Positions 16,590-30,770 of a stretch of 64,000 nt of DNA are shown piece after piece. Numbering within the stretch: position 1 is the stretch's first letter; the number at the start of each line of letters is the position of its first letter. The stretch is from the human T2T-CHM13v2.0 reference genome, Homo sapiens. The position numbers and the translations under genes were made by a program. The stretch is from assembly GCF_009914755.1 (NCBI RefSeq), contig NC_060933.1. The stretch is one strand, 5' to 3'. Below the pieces are notes generated by a model. The model did no database searches. It had not been told where the DNA came from and saw only the letters and a program-made list of their open reading frames with translations.

Positions 16590-18464
16590 TTATTTTATTA
16601 AAAGTAGAAAAGCATTTGATGACATTTTACACATATTCATAATAAAGACTTACAGAAAAGTAGGCAAGAGAAACAAATTATTTCAAAAGTAATAAACATA
16701 TATAAAAATAGTTAATATAGTGAAATACCAAATGGTTCCTCCTACTATAAGAAAGAATGCAAAAATATCCACTATGAACCATTCTGTTCGATACTTAGAA
16801 AACTGCAATACAGTGCTGAGAGACATTAAGGCAGACCTAAATAAATGGAGAGATAAACCAAGTTCAATAATTTGAATGCTTTATAGTGTTAAGAAGGTAG
16901 TTCTACTAAATTGATTTCTAGATTAATTGCAATATCAGTCCAAATCTCCGTAGGCTTTTTATATAAATAACAAATATTTTTTCAAAATTACTAGGTAATG
17001 TTATAAAATATTATAAATTAATATTGAAAATATTTTACATGAAAGTTCAAATTTCTGGAGTCTTTTAAGATAAGAGGATGGCAGTATTTCTATGGTATAA
17101 CTACTAAGTATATAAAAACTGAAGACTTCTATTAATATCAGACAAAATGGGCCACAAATCAAGAAATATTTTTAGGAGGATAAAGATCAATATAATTGGT
17201 CCAATTCATCAAGAGAACCTGATAATGCAAAATGTTTTTTCACACATTAACAAACAATTCTGCATTTAAAATACTCAAGCCAAAAACTTACAGAATTGAA
17301 AAGAAAAATATACAAATCCACAATATATTTAAAGATTTGAAAACTATTTTCTGATATTATTAAACAAGTAAATAAAAAATTTTAAAGAAAATATCTACAA
17401 ATTTAATGACATTATAACCTAACAAGTTCTAGGATGCATAGAATATTATACTCATCACCAGCAACAACTTATTTTATTTTCCAAGTGCACTGACATTCAT
17501 CACATGTTAGGCAACAAATAATAAATTTTCAACAAATTTAACAGGATTAGATCATGGAGAGTATGTTCTCTGACCCAATAGAATTAAATTTAAAATAAAA
17601 AACCAAAACTACAATGAAATCCCCAAATATTTAGATATAATAAACTTCTAATGATGCCTTGTAGCAAATAGTAAATCAAAAGATAAATTAGAAAGTATTT
17701 TGGTCTGGATAAAAATAAAAACACTACAACTTCAGGATTCCTTTGGAGAAATACGAAGTTTTTAATGTTTATATTAGAAAAAGGAGAAATGTCTAAAATT
17801 AATGACACAAATGTCTACCTGAAAAAGTGAAAATAAAACCAAATTAAACAAGAAGTAGAAAGTAAAATATAGAGAAAAACTAAAATTTTATAAAGACATA
17901 ACAGAAATACAAAAGGAAAAGATGAAATTTAAAGCTGATTCTTTGATAAAAGGAATAAAATGAATTAAATTCTAGATAGTCTGAGAAGGATACAAAGACA
18001 GAAATCTGTCAGCAACCACTTTCAGGAAATAAAGTGGGCAAGGTTGGGAAGATGGTAGGTGTTGTAAAGATACTACAAATATCGAAATGATAATAACTTA
18101 AATTATAAAAACTTTATGCCAATAAATTTGATAATGGTTGAATAAATTGTATGGTTAGCAAAATAATCTTTACAATTACTCTAGAATAAATAAAATTTCT
18201 TCATATCTTTAGATTTATTAAAGATACTGAATTTTAATTTAATACCTTCTTAGGGGAAACAAATTCCAGACTCAGGTGCCTTCACTGTTAAATTTCATTC
18301 TTTTTAAATAGGTAAATGTTACAGTGATTATTACTCAAGTGTATATCCTGAGAATTTTTACATAAATTTGTTACATAGATTAACTTTTTTTCTTCAAAAT
18401 ACAACTAATTTACTGATTATACTTTTTGGGTCTTCTATTAACATTATTAGCAAAATTTAGAAAA

Positions 18465-19310
18465 TTTATTCATTTATATACAAAATTAATAGATACATTA
18501 AATACTTACTCTGTGCCACCCAATGCCCAATTCACTGAGAGCATTTTACTGAATAAACAAAAAATTTTGACCCTTGATTACCTTATTGTTGGAGGTAACA
18601 AACCATAGAAGATAGACAATAGTCAATGTAAAAATAAATAAGTGGTTTTGACAATGGACAATAAGCAAAAATACCTGTTCACTTGTTGTATTGGTCCGTT
18701 CTCACACTGCTATAAAGAGCTGCTAGATGCTGGTTAATATATAAAGGAAAGAGGCTTAATTGACTCACAATTCTGCAGGTCTGGGGAGGCCTCAGAAAAC
18801 TTACAATCATGCCAGAAGGGGAAGCAAACCATGTCCTTCTGCACATTGTGGCAGGAAGGAAAAGTGCAGAGTGAAGGGGGTAAAAGCTTTCTATGAAACC
18901 ACCAAATCTCATGAGAACTCACTCACTATCACGAGAACAACATGGGAGAACCACCCCATGATCTAATCACCTCCCGGAGGTCCCTCCCCCAACACATGGG
19001 GATTATAAATCTGATTATAATTCAAGATGAGATTTTGTGTGGGAATGGAGCCAAATCATATCACTAGAATAGATAATATATATAATACATAAGTAAATTT
19101 TATAGTATACTAGCAGATGGTTAATTCTACTAACAAATACAGAAAGGTAAAGGATGAAAGGGATCTCTTGTTTAAGAAAGGGATACACATTTATATGTGT
19201 TGATTTTAAGGAATCAACAAGGAATGATTAGCAAGACTTGAAGAGAAAGGAGAAGCCATGTGAGCCTCTGGGGTGGAATGTTACAGGCAAAGATAAAAGC
19301 CAGGAAAAAG
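18465..19310 (-). mobile_element. L2 3' fragment split by THE1D
   Basis: ttcatttat...aatacttactctgtgcca...actgaataaacaaaaa; resumes after 19063. Confidence 0.5.
18687..19063 (-). mobile_element. THE1D-like MaLR solo LTR
   Basis: tgtattggtccgttctcacactgctataaag...ggggaagcaaaccatgtccttct...ccaaatcatatca. Confidence 0.88.
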
Positions 19311-19329
19311 CAGACACTTCCTATATTCC

Positions 19330-19677
19330 TGTATTCATCCATTTTTATCCTACTGATAAAGACATACCCCAGCCTGGGAAATTTACAAAAGAAAGAGGTT
19401 TAATGGACTTATGGTTCCACATGGCTGGGGAAACCTCACAATCATGGCAGATGGCCAGGAAGAGCAAGTCACATCTTACATGGATGGCGGCAGGCAAAGA
19501 GAGAGCTTGTTCAGAAAAACTCCCTCTTATTTAACCGTAAGATCTTGTGGGACTTATTCACTATCATGAGGATGGGATGGCCTGCCACCATGATTCAATT
19601 ATCTCCCACCTGGTCCCTCCCACAACACATGGGAATTCAAGATGAGATGTGGGTGGGGACAAAGCCATACCGTATCA
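19330..19677 (-). mobile_element. THE1B/THE1A MaLR solo LTR
   Basis: tgtatt...ctgataaagacataccc...gagcaagtcacatcttacatggatggcggcaggcaaagagagagcttg...accgtatca. Confidence 0.9.
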
Positions 19678-20429
19678 CCATCTCTGTGCAAATGTTCTCT
19701 CTCTTCTATTTAGCTCTGCAATTCTAGCTAAATTTTCCTTTCTAAGCCCCAATCTTCAATTTCTCAATATACAGGGAGAGTTATCCTTTCTTTGGATTAT
19801 CCTTTCACTGTGTCTTCTGGAAACTGAGAGAAAGCTTGGAATAAGATTTTATTTTTTCTTTTATCAGGGATCAGCATCCTCAGCTTCTTGTCAATGGTTA
19901 AAAAATCACTGTTGATTATATTTTGTCTGCAGTTAGTTTTTATTTGTGTGTGTGTTTTTTTGTTTTTTGTTTGTTTGTTTTGTAAAGAATTTAGTTTAGT
20001 TCCTCTTACTGTATCATGGTGAAGTACAGCTATCTTCAACCTATTTTTTCTGACCAACCTTTGTCTTTATATTGATTTAACATTACTTTTTAAATTTAGT
20101 CTTAAAATTCTTACTTTAAATAGTAGTTTTAGACTACTTATATTTAATATTGTTATCTATATTTTGGCCTTAAATCTACTATCATAAAATTTATTTTCCA
20201 TAAAATTTAATCTGTTCTTTATTACTATTTTCCACTTTTGATGCTTTACCTTGGATTAAGTGTTTAATTTTGAATTTTATTTTATTTCAACTAATAGATT
20301 ATTAGTCATATGTTTTTGCTTATTTTGTCCTGTTAGGTAGGTGCTCTAAGGTTTATACTATGGACCTTAACTTTCCAATAACATTAAGGTGACTGAATAT
20401 TTTTGCCCCGATACCTAGAAAAAGACAAG

Positions 20430-21625
20430 CATGCTTGCTCTGATAAATTCTTTTGAAGCTTATACTACACGTCTTAGCAATGCAATGAGAGAGGTAAGAA
20501 TACATACAATTTAGAAAGAAAGATGTCTTTCTTCACAGATATTATTATATTCTGTGCAGAAAATAAAAAAGATATTTGCAAAAAAGTTAGTAAAATTGTG
20601 TGTTTATCTAGATCACAGGATATAATAATAATATACAGAAATCCAGTATATTTTGATAGATTTGCAATGACTATTCATAATCTGAGATTAAAAAAATAAC
20701 AAGGAAAATAAGGGAGTGCTCAAATGCTAAGAAAGACATGTTAAAAGAGCTGAGAAACTTGAATAGTTCCTACTAGCAAAATTAGCAAAACTGAATCAAT
20801 AAAATAAGTAAAGGAACAGATCATGGGCCACTGAAAGAAATAGGAATCCATGGGTCCACGTGAGATAAATCCACGAATTAATGAATGAATAAAAGAAGGA
20901 AACACTATTATTTTCCCACAGAGTGCCAACCAATAAAAGGAAAAGGGTTGATATTGTATGTTAAAAAATTATCATTTGAAAATTTTCACATTGTATTTGA
21001 TTGAGTGTTGAGGCATCAATGGATGCTAAACCTAGTGGGTAAATGTTGGAGAAGAAATGGGATATTTTCACACTCTCAAAGTATCTCTCCGCAAAACACT
21101 TAATTTTAGATTAATTACATGTGTATATACATGTATACAATAGATAGTCTATGTGTAAAAAATATCATTTTATGTCATGTTATATTAATATAAAGAAAAT
21201 GAGGAGTACCTCTGCAATAGAGAAATCTGGAAGACATTACCTTTCAAATGATCAAAATTAAAATCACCACTGATGGGAAAAATTAATTTCATATATAACC
21301 TGAAGAAATATGATAAGAAGAGCATAGCATCATGTTGGTGATTTTATTGCCAATAATGCATGTCTTGACACCTCATTATGAGAAAACACCAGACAAATCG
21401 AAATTGGGAGACATTCTAAAAATAGAATCCATTGGAATATTACCTTCAAAAAATGTTTAGGATGCTATGAAGGTTGAAGAAGGACTATGGAATGCTTCTG
21501 ATTTAAAGAAGTTAAAGAGACATAGAAACCAGGAACAACACATTATCCTGAAGTGGATTGTTTTTTATAAAAAGCATCAGGGCAGTTTGTGAACTAGAAT
21601 GGGTCCTCTCTTGGTGATTGTTACA
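20430..21625 (+). mobile_element. L1MC4-like 3' region (an antisense L1M piece lies upstream at ~20050-20390)
   Basis: catcaatggatgctaaacctagtgggt, ctcaaagtatctctccgcaaa, gagaaaacaccagacaaatcgaaattgggagacattcta. Confidence 0.7.
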
Positions 21626-23658
21626 TGACAGCCGTTTGCATCACTTTAGCAACTTAAAGATAAATTGCTTAAAGATAAATTGGCATCGTTTCATACAAAC
21701 ATTAAAGAAAATGGTAATGTCCAACAGGCAAAGAGTGCCTGCCTAATTACTGTTCCAGGGGTCCTCAGGGAGCTGTTTTCCTACTATCTTCTTGATTTTT
21801 AAAATATATTTTAGTTGATTAGTTTTATTCATGCCATAATTGGTGGAAATTAATCCTTGATTCTATAAATTGTTACCTCGTCAGTTTCCAATGTTTTTTG
21901 TTTGTTTGTTTCTCTTTCCTTATTTATTTATTTATGCTTTTCTTTTACTTTTTTTGTAAAGTGGAATAAGTTAGGAATGAGTATTTTATGACCAACTAAA
22001 CTGAGTAGTTTTATGTCAAGTTGCAAATTACGTTAAGTATCAAATATTTGATTTTTCTTAGATTTCAAAATAGTCACATTTTCAGAAAAAATCATTAGTA
22101 GTTTTCTAAAAATAAAATCCTCTTGATTCAACAAAACATACTTGATGTGGTTTTTCCTCCCAAAACAGGCTCCTCCTTGAGTTATTGGGAATAAGTAATG
22201 CTTCTCAATAAAGCTTCGTGTCAACAAATCTGAACATATAACATCTCAGCTAGAGCAAGTTACTAAAAATAGGATCAATTTGTAGCTTGCAGTCATGCCT
22301 TCATATCCACTTTTCAATTAATCCTGCTTAATTCAGAGAATGTATAAATATGTAATTTTGCATCACTTAAGGCAGCCATTTTATTTTGAAATGCAACTAA
22401 CGTTATATGCATAAATTCAATAAATATAAAGCTGTTTTCAAAAATTGAATGTTTTTACTTGTAAGTTATTCTTTCAATAATAGTAAAGAGATGATCACTA
22501 GTCAGTTTATTTTTCATAGTTGAATTGATTTAGTTGAGCTTCATTGGGTGTTCTTATGTTTTAGTCATGAGTCCATGCTCTTTAACAAGCTAAAGGAAAC
22601 CATATTATATGCTAAAAGATGTCAGTTTGTGAGCAATTTAATGAATATATAGAGTTACAACATTTTTCCCGATTGGATGTTGGGGTTTACTATAATTCTT
22701 TGTTACTTTATATGTGAATATACTCACTACTCACTATGTTTATGTATGTAGGAAACATGCTAGTGATGAAAATTCAAGCAGTTATTACCCTGGTTTTCTT
22801 TCATTAACAAAATACAGAATAGAAATTATCTACTTATTCTTGGAGGTCTTAAAATATCTTTTCAGTTGACTGATAATTCTGCTATCAAGAGCTACAAGTA
22901 GGTGCTCTGGCCGTCTATATCTGTATTTCCATATATTCAATTCCTTACTATATATTTCTCATTTGATATTCTATACCCAATTCAAACAAAACCATTTCAT
23001 GTATACAATGTACTTTTATTTATGCTTTTCTCTATCATTAAGTAGAAAGCCATTTGCACCTTAGTCTAAATCTGAAATGTGCCTCTACCTAACATTTCTA
23101 ATACATTTTCACTATTTCTTAGTTATTAGAATAAATTTGCATAATTTCTGAAACAACTTTCCCTATGGAGTATTCCCTTTAGTTTCTTTTCCCTTCCAAA
23201 CAATTTAATGAATTACAAATATGGGGGAGATACTTTTTCAATGGGTAAGACTTGACTTCTACAAATACATGTTTAATTCCTTCTCAAAATTATTTCTACT
23301 TCCTCTTATTCAACACTGTGCTAGATTTTAGGGATATATAATAAGACAATATATGAGGTCCTTGCTGTTGTGAAAGGTACATTCTTATCTTTGGCAAATT
23401 GAAGAATCTTTAGCTTTGGTATGCAAGGGCATTGGTGTTTGGTACATGCTTGGCTCTTTGCCTTAAGAATTGCCTCTTTCCACCATGCATATTTCACCTG
23501 TGTGGGAATTCTTGCAGATCTCTGTATTATTGATAGTCATTTTGCTCTGATATTTTATACAAAGCTGAATCAGCAACAGTATGACTAAACACAACCAAAA
23601 AAGAAAGCTAGAAAGATTATATTAGACACTTACGTGTATGGATCATTATGGTGAGGAC

Positions 23659-24089
23659 TGCTAAAAAAAAAAAAAAAAAAAAAACCTTCAGCCAAAATAA
23701 ATTTACAGTTTAATCGAGTAATGAATGATTCATAAATTGGAAAGCCCCCACAATCACAGCAGATTCAGAGAGACTCCAGGCGTGTCTCATGGTCAGAATG
23801 AATTTATAGACAATACAAAGTAAAGTGACGCATAGAAATCAGAAGTGAGGTACAGAAACAGCTGGATTGGTTATGGCTTGGCACTTGCCTTATTTGAACA
23901 CTCAGCTGTATGCGACTAGTTGAAGTATGGCTGCTGGAATTGGCCAAGACTCAGCGATTGTTACAGGCGCATATTCCTAAGTTAGGTTTTAGTCTTGTGT
24001 ACCTATTGAGTTAGGTTGCAGTTCATTCACAAGGACTGAAATATAGAAGTATGGCGTTTTTCTCAGGCCATATTTAATTTGATTTAACA
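23659..24089 (-). mobile_element. MER57A-like ERV1 solo LTR
   Basis: TG...CA termini, perfect 4-bp TSD GGAC (23655-58 and 24090-93), gaggtacagaaacagctggattggtta, ctcaggccatattta. Confidence 0.88.
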
Positions 24090-24384
24090 GGACTTTGGGT
24101 ATGTCATTGTATTTTACTAATATATTTTACAAACACCCCATGTTATCTTAATCTATTTAAGTTCACACTTTTTAATCAAATTTTACTTTAAATGTATCTA
24201 ACCTCCTAAATTTCTGCCTTTGTGAACCAATAATACTTTTTCCAAATTCTTATTATAGCATATATCAGACTATATAGCTATAGACACTTTGGCATCATTG
24301 TTTTCCCATACAAAACACAATACATTTAATGAATTAATGAATGATGCATCAGCAAAGAAGGTTTTACTGAAAGTAAGAAAAATT

Positions 24385-25722
24385 ATAAGCCAGTTTGGGT
24401 TTCCCAAGAATCAGACACCAAGATGGAATTACACGTATAAGAGAGTAACCAGAGAAAACGCCTTTGAAGAATAAAGAGAAGATAGAGCAAGAGGCTGCAA
24501 GAGCCTCCAGATCATGATGCAAGCCGGCACCTCAAAAGAAGAGAGAGCATGAAAGATAATTGGAAAGGAGGAGCCTCAGAGAAGAGTGCAGATCTGAGAA
24601 ATTGTCAGCCACACTGAAAGAGCACCAAAGTGAACTTTGACCTTTAGATGAGTCCATGTGGGACAAGAATGAAAAGCCCTATAATATCTTCCTTGCTCAG
24701 CATTGGCAGGGAGCAACCTAAGGAGAGCATGGCACCTGCATGTAAGCCAAAAATAAAATTCAATGTCCGTTAACCAACTAAATGGGCCCTTTATCTTGGC
24801 CAAGGGCATTTTAAACTAAACCTGAAACAGTAATGGAGGCCATGACGGAAATGGGTAGTTGAACATGCCTCGTTATTTACTTTCATCCTTTCGGAATTCA
24901 TGCATAGCTGAACAGTGTTAACATTAAAGTAGAGACTTAAGAATGACAAAACAGACTCTTCGTAGCAATAAGATATCAACATGACAGATAGCAGGCCTTG
25001 AAAGAAATCAAAGTATTTCACCACAAAAATATATTTCTTTGACATATTTTGAAATGGCCCTACAAGGCTGTTTCTGTGGGGAAAATCTCCATTTTGTAGA
25101 GAATCCCCTTCTCTTTCCAAGTCTTTTTCCTGATTTTTCCTGATTCCAAGTCCTTTTTCCTTTTTATGTCTGATAAAAATCATTTACAATCTATTCTCAG
25201 TGAAGCCTGCTACCTGCAAGCTTCATCTGCATAAGAACCTTGGTCTCTAAAACACCTTATCTTAACCCATACACTCCTGTCTATTGATTCCGGTCTTTAG
25301 ATAAATTATTTTAGCCAGTTGTCAAATGCCAGTCAGAAAATCTTCGAATTCACCTTTAACCTGGAAGCCTTCACCCACCCCACCCCCACCTGCTTTGAGT
25401 TGTCTCACCTTTCCCAATTTTACCAATGTGTATCTTAGGTGTACTTATTGATGTCTTATGTCTCCCTCACATGTATAAATCCAAGCTGTAGCCCAACAAC
25501 CTTGGCACATGTTCTTAGGATCTCCTGGGCTGTGTGACAGGCCGAGGTCACTCATATTTGCCTCAGAATAAATCTCTTCAAATATTTCTCAGAGTTTGAC
25601 TCTTTTCTTCAACACGCATTACCACTGTAGTAGCTCTGAAGTGGTTGAGTTGGAGGTAACCCACCAACAACCCTCCTCATGGAAATTTCTCTTGAATGAA
25701 AATATGGGAGGAGTAAATTCTT
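24385..25722 (-). mobile_element. LTR16A-like ERVL LTR split by MER4D (pieces 24385-24740 and 25615-25722)
   Basis: gggtttcccaagaatcagacacc...gagcctcaga...gcagatctgagaaa...ggagagcatggc; resumes after the MER4D insertion. Confidence 0.6.
24741..25614 (+). mobile_element. MER4D (MER4D1-like) ERV1 solo LTR
   Basis: tgtaagccaaaaataaaattc...ctcagaataaatctcttcaaatattt...gactcttttcttcaaca; TSD tgca/cgca. Confidence 0.9.
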
Positions 25723-28384
25723 CACTGCCAAATACTATTTCAAATTCTTTCAAGCATAAGGTAAATTCATTATTTAACATAAAAGTCAATCAAGAGGTAA
25801 AAAGAGGTCACAGTTTGCTTACGTATTTTCTGGCACTTCTTTGCTATTGGCTGTGTCACTTTTACCCTTAACATTTCTGCAAAAATGTCTGCAGACATTT
25901 AGGGTCATCATATTCAGATACAACCTTACCCAGAAGACCAAGAAAGAGACACCAAGAGAAACATTTATCTTAAAAACTCTTAAGGTAATTTGCCCTGATT
26001 TGCCTTTGTACTGAATTGGGCCATATGCGTATTTTTGTTCTTATTTTTGGCAAAGAATCAGGCTATACTTAGAGTAATCACATCATACCTGAATCTGAAG
26101 ACGAGACAGTAAACTTAGAGAAGTACTGAAGCCTTAGAAGCCTTGGATATATTGAATATGTTCTATTTTAGAAAGAAAAGGTGAGATAATGTATGCTGGC
26201 AGTCAACCAACAGCATATGCTCCTAATGAACAACTGGAGAGTCATTTAAGTTCAATGTTGGGGATTTTATTAGAAACTGTAAGATGAACACACAATTCAT
26301 TTTCTCTTTCCTTGTAAATTTGGACAATATTTGCTATATTCGCCTATATTTTGGCATAGAAATTTAGGTTCTAAGTATATAGTAGTGATGTAGCCTTCTT
26401 ACAGGGTCACATAGACCCAGAATTAATAATTTTTAACACTCTTTTTATCCTCTCTGGTTGGCTAACATTAAAACAATCCACAGAAAACCCCCAAGAGCTA
26501 TGTATTGAGGATGGCAAAACCACAGATGGGAAAATAATAAATCTTTGAATGACCCTGCAGGAAATCACAGATAGCATTCCTATTATTTAAGCAAGCAATA
26601 ACTTTTATTGTTTTAAGAGTTGGAGGTTTAATTTTTTCAGCATTACTGTTACCACAATTATTACAGGAAATGAAACCAGTAAAAAAAAAATAGAGGGAAC
26701 AAGGTTTATTGACATCTATGAGGCATTTTCTTTCCCCTAATATTACATACTCTAGATTTTATTTCTGCACAAAAAATATTCTCTATGTCTAGCCTAAAGA
26801 ACTATGTCTTATTCATATTTATACTCTTCATAGATCAAAAGTGTGCTTAAAATACTGTACATTTAATGAGTTATTTTTGAATGTAAGCAACTTTGAATTC
26901 ATCTTTGCATTTTTAATCTTATGTTTCTATTAAATGTATTATTAAATTCTACTAACACTTTCCTCAAAATAATTCTCAATATTTTGGTTTTTAATTTTTT
27001 ACTGCCTTTGCATTCTCCTGGCAGAGACCCATTTCACCTCTCCTATAGATTATTTCATAAAGATTTTATCATCTGTATCATATATATTTACAATATTAAA
27101 AGTTATCTGTAGCACGCTCTCATTGTTGCTTATAGATTAGGTTTGCTTCTCTATGTACTACTCTGGTAGGCAGTGGTTAAATATACTGCTTTAAGCCTTT
27201 TCACAGTACCTTCTATAATATCATCATGCACAATTTTAGGCACACAGCAGAAAATCAATGAAACATATTTAATTGACTAAAAATTGAAAAACATTGGTAT
27301 ATATGTAGGACAGATACTGATATTTTTATAAGCCCAACTCGGAAATGGTGATGCATAAAAAGTTGATAATTCCTTTTAGCAGAAACTATTAATAGTCATT
27401 TTTCAACATAATGCAAAATATATTTGAGATTGATAAATATTTTAGAACTCAAGTGCAAGAAAGCCATTAAGGGAATCCCACAATTTTTGTTGTTTCTAAA
27501 ACCTAATATAATTTAAGATTATGAACAGCCTTCTTTCTCAGAAGAAAAACATATCACCAACCCACCATATTAAAAAAATGCATTATTCCAATCAATCTTG
27601 TTAATATACCATAGAAATTGAATTTTTTAAAAAAATTCAGAACTTTAAAAATAAATACTAACCATAATAGCTCAATTAAAATTATATCTATATTCTTGGA
27701 GGTTTTCAAATGCCATATCTAAAAACAGGATATAGTAAGGTATATCCAGGGATAAACTAGCTGTTAAAAAATAATTGATTGAGACCTGTTATTATTGGCT
27801 AAGTAAACTTCTCTTACCTTCCAAAACATGTTCCATTATTTCATAAGATCTAGAAATGATATCAAGTTTGAAATTTGTTGAAATGTTTTCCTATTGACCT
27901 ACTTATAAATGGGTTATTTACATATTCAGCGTAATTACTTGTGCTTAAAACTGTTTTCAGGATAAATTTGAACTATGTCATTGTTCATATAAAAGAAAGA
28001 TGCTTCTTTTCAATTAATTTGTATTAGTTAATAATTCTACAAATTGTGTTTATTTCAATGGAGATTAAAGAATATAAAAAGAATAATGTTTCTGTTTTAG
28101 ACTATACTTTATTAGTAAACCATTTGGGGGGTGGGGCAATGAGGATAAACTCCATCAAAGGAACATAAGTTAGAAAAGCTGTAACATAAACTTAGGTTAT
28201 AAGTCTGAATTACCCTAGACAGTTAGTCTATGGAATATGAGACTGTATGCAGCCTCAGCTGGAAGCACTGCCCTTAAGCAAAGACCATGAAAGAGATGCT
28301 GAAATAATTATTCAGGCAGAAATTTAGTATAATATTTCTTTGGGAATGTTCTCCGATAGTTGGAAGTCAAAATAACAAGTAATT

Positions 28385-28760
28385 CTCACTTCCATTCTTT
28401 GTCTTCTCAATATACATCCCTATATCTTGCAAGGCATTTAGCAAATTAAAGTACATTTACCAGCCTCTTTGCACTTTGATGAGTCAATGTAACTAAGTTT
28501 TGGACGATAACGTGTGAACAGAAGCAATATTTGCAGCATCTAAAAGAAATGTGTGTGACCTTTTACCCCTGTTACCATGCTTTAGAATTCATAGCTGTTT
28601 TCAGCTATTTTATATATAAAATAAGCATATAAAAGCGACAAAATAAATCAACATCGTAGAGCTATCGTGACATCACTGGACTTCTCCTAAAACTTTTACA
28701 TGAAAAATATGTGAATTATTTCAAGCTGCTCTACTTGTTTTTCATAGACTCTGTCATTAA
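28385..28760 (+). mobile_element. Ancient MLT1 (I/J-type) LTR remnant
   Basis: acatttaccagcctctttgcac...atgtaactaagttttggac...gaacagaag. Similar weak MLT1 remnants lie at ~25850-26660. Confidence 0.45.
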
Positions 28761-29109
28761 TTAATTTTTTATGTACCACTAAAAAGCATTTTAAAATGCC
28801 TCTAAACTATGGCACACTGCTAAATATTTTCTAGATGCCTCAAAAAAGTTTTTATATGCAGTAATTTTGTTTTACATACACATGCACACTTAACTGATTT
28901 CAAGTTTTTTCAACTTTCATATGAAATTGAAAGTTGAAAAGGTACATGAAATGTCTTTTTGAAATTCCTAACTCAATTTAATTTTTTTTTACATTTAGGT
29001 TTACCATACTGTTTTAACAAAATGATCCGTATTTATTCTAATATTTTTAAAACTTTAGGAATAAATTAATATTTTGGATTGTTCTACAGTATTGTATCCT
29101 GAACTGGAA

Positions 29110-29400
29110 CTTTTATTACTGATTTATTAATTGAAATATGAAATATGATATGCACATGTGAAAGACACAGATCTTGAGCATATAGCATTAAACATTTTTA
29201 GAACGTAAAATACTAATGTCATCACAACCTACATGAATATGAATTGAGTATTACTAGAATCCAGGAGTCTCTATTGTGAACCTCCAATCATTACTATAGG
29301 CAACCACTGTTCTTACTTTTATCTTTATAAATTACATTTGCTTGACATTGAACTTCATAGAAATTGAACCATACAATAGATATTAATTTCAATCTGGTTC
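29110..29400 (-). mobile_element. L1ME 3' end fragment
   Basis: aggcaaccactgttcttactttt...ttgaacttcatagaaattgaaccataca. Confidence 0.65.
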
Positions 29401-29887
29401 AAAAAAACACAACCAACAGCGTGGGTGTCAGTGTGATATTCTGTGCTGCTTCTCAGCTGAATCAATGGTGCTGACAGCTGCAATAGCAACAACAGTGTCT
29501 TCAGAAGTTTTACTGAGAGTTTGGAGTCCAGAGTTTCTGCCTAACGGCAGCTGCGCTCAAATAGGGCCAATGGTCAGTCTGGAATCATGGGACCCAGAAT
29601 GCACCACCTTCTCCTACTCATTTTTCACAGTTAAGGATGGAAGTGGCTTCCTTCATTTGCTCATCATCTGGAGTAGCAGGCCTCTTTTGCTCTTTCAGTG
29701 TTTCTAACATTGTTGTAACCACGCCCCCAACCCCTGTATTATATTGTCTATGCTTTAAAAACTATATTGTGGACTTGAATAAAATTTATTTTCCCATTCC
29801 TGGTAAAAAATAATTGGGTCATTCTTTACTCATGTATCAATTCAAATTTCTAAGACTCTATTTATCTCTTCTCCTCAATAATGTTTC

Positions 29888-30200
29888 TTTTTTCTTTTGC
29901 TTTTTTTTAGACTTGTGCTTTTTTAGGTCTTGTGCTCTCACCCAGGCTGGAGTGCAGTGGCTGGAACACAGCTCACTACAGCCTTGACCTCTTGAATTCA
30001 AGTGATCCTCACACTTCAGCCTCCAGAGTAGCTTTGATGACAGGTGTGTGCCACCAGGCCCAGCTACTTTTCTTTACTTTTTGTAGAGACATGGTCTTGC
30101 CATATTACCCAGGCTAGTCTCAGATCCCTGGGCTCAAGTATCCTCCTGCCTCCACCTCCCAAAGTGCTGGGATTATAGGCATAAGCCACCATGCCCAGCT
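29888..30200 (-). mobile_element. AluJ (Jo/Jr)
   Basis: J-type cagctcactacagccttgacctc, gtgatcctc and ctgggctcaag; approximate TSD aatgttt(t)ct. Confidence 0.9.
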
Positions 30201-30770
30201 AATGTTTTCTATTTACCATAGCTTTTCACATATATATGTTATTATATATGTAATATACATATATAATATAGTATGGATGTGTATATACTATATTATTAAC
30301 AATTAGATCTAAAATATAGAAAGAATTTTAATACCTTTATTTTCTGTACCTTCATAGTTAATCTCATATTTTCTAAATCTGTTAATGTGGCACTGGTCAC
30401 AGTTATAGCTCCAAAGAATGAGCATCCACTTAATCTCATAACCAGGACCCAACCTGCAACATTAGTATTACAAATTAATTTCTAATTCCAGTCTCACTCT
30501 TTCATCACCAGTTCTATCTTTGCACACTTACTAATCCCAATTATTTTAAAGCAAGTTGCTTAACCTGCTGTGGCAGTTTTCCCCTCTCCTTCAACTTTCT
30601 CTCTCTTTTTTTTTCTCCTAATAATACCCGCCAAGTAAGAATCCCTTTCATTACATACATCAAATAGCCACTTCTTCCAACAATTTTATTCAACCTAAGT
30701 ATTCAACCTAAGGGCTTAGATTCATGGTCTGTCCTTACAATGCCGTTCCATCTTTTTAAAGCTAATTGCA

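Noticed and set aside
27810-27860. Minus-strand micro-exon ending at AAG|GTAAGA
   Set aside because: Weak acceptor and no supporting frame; such motifs are expected by chance in 64 kb.
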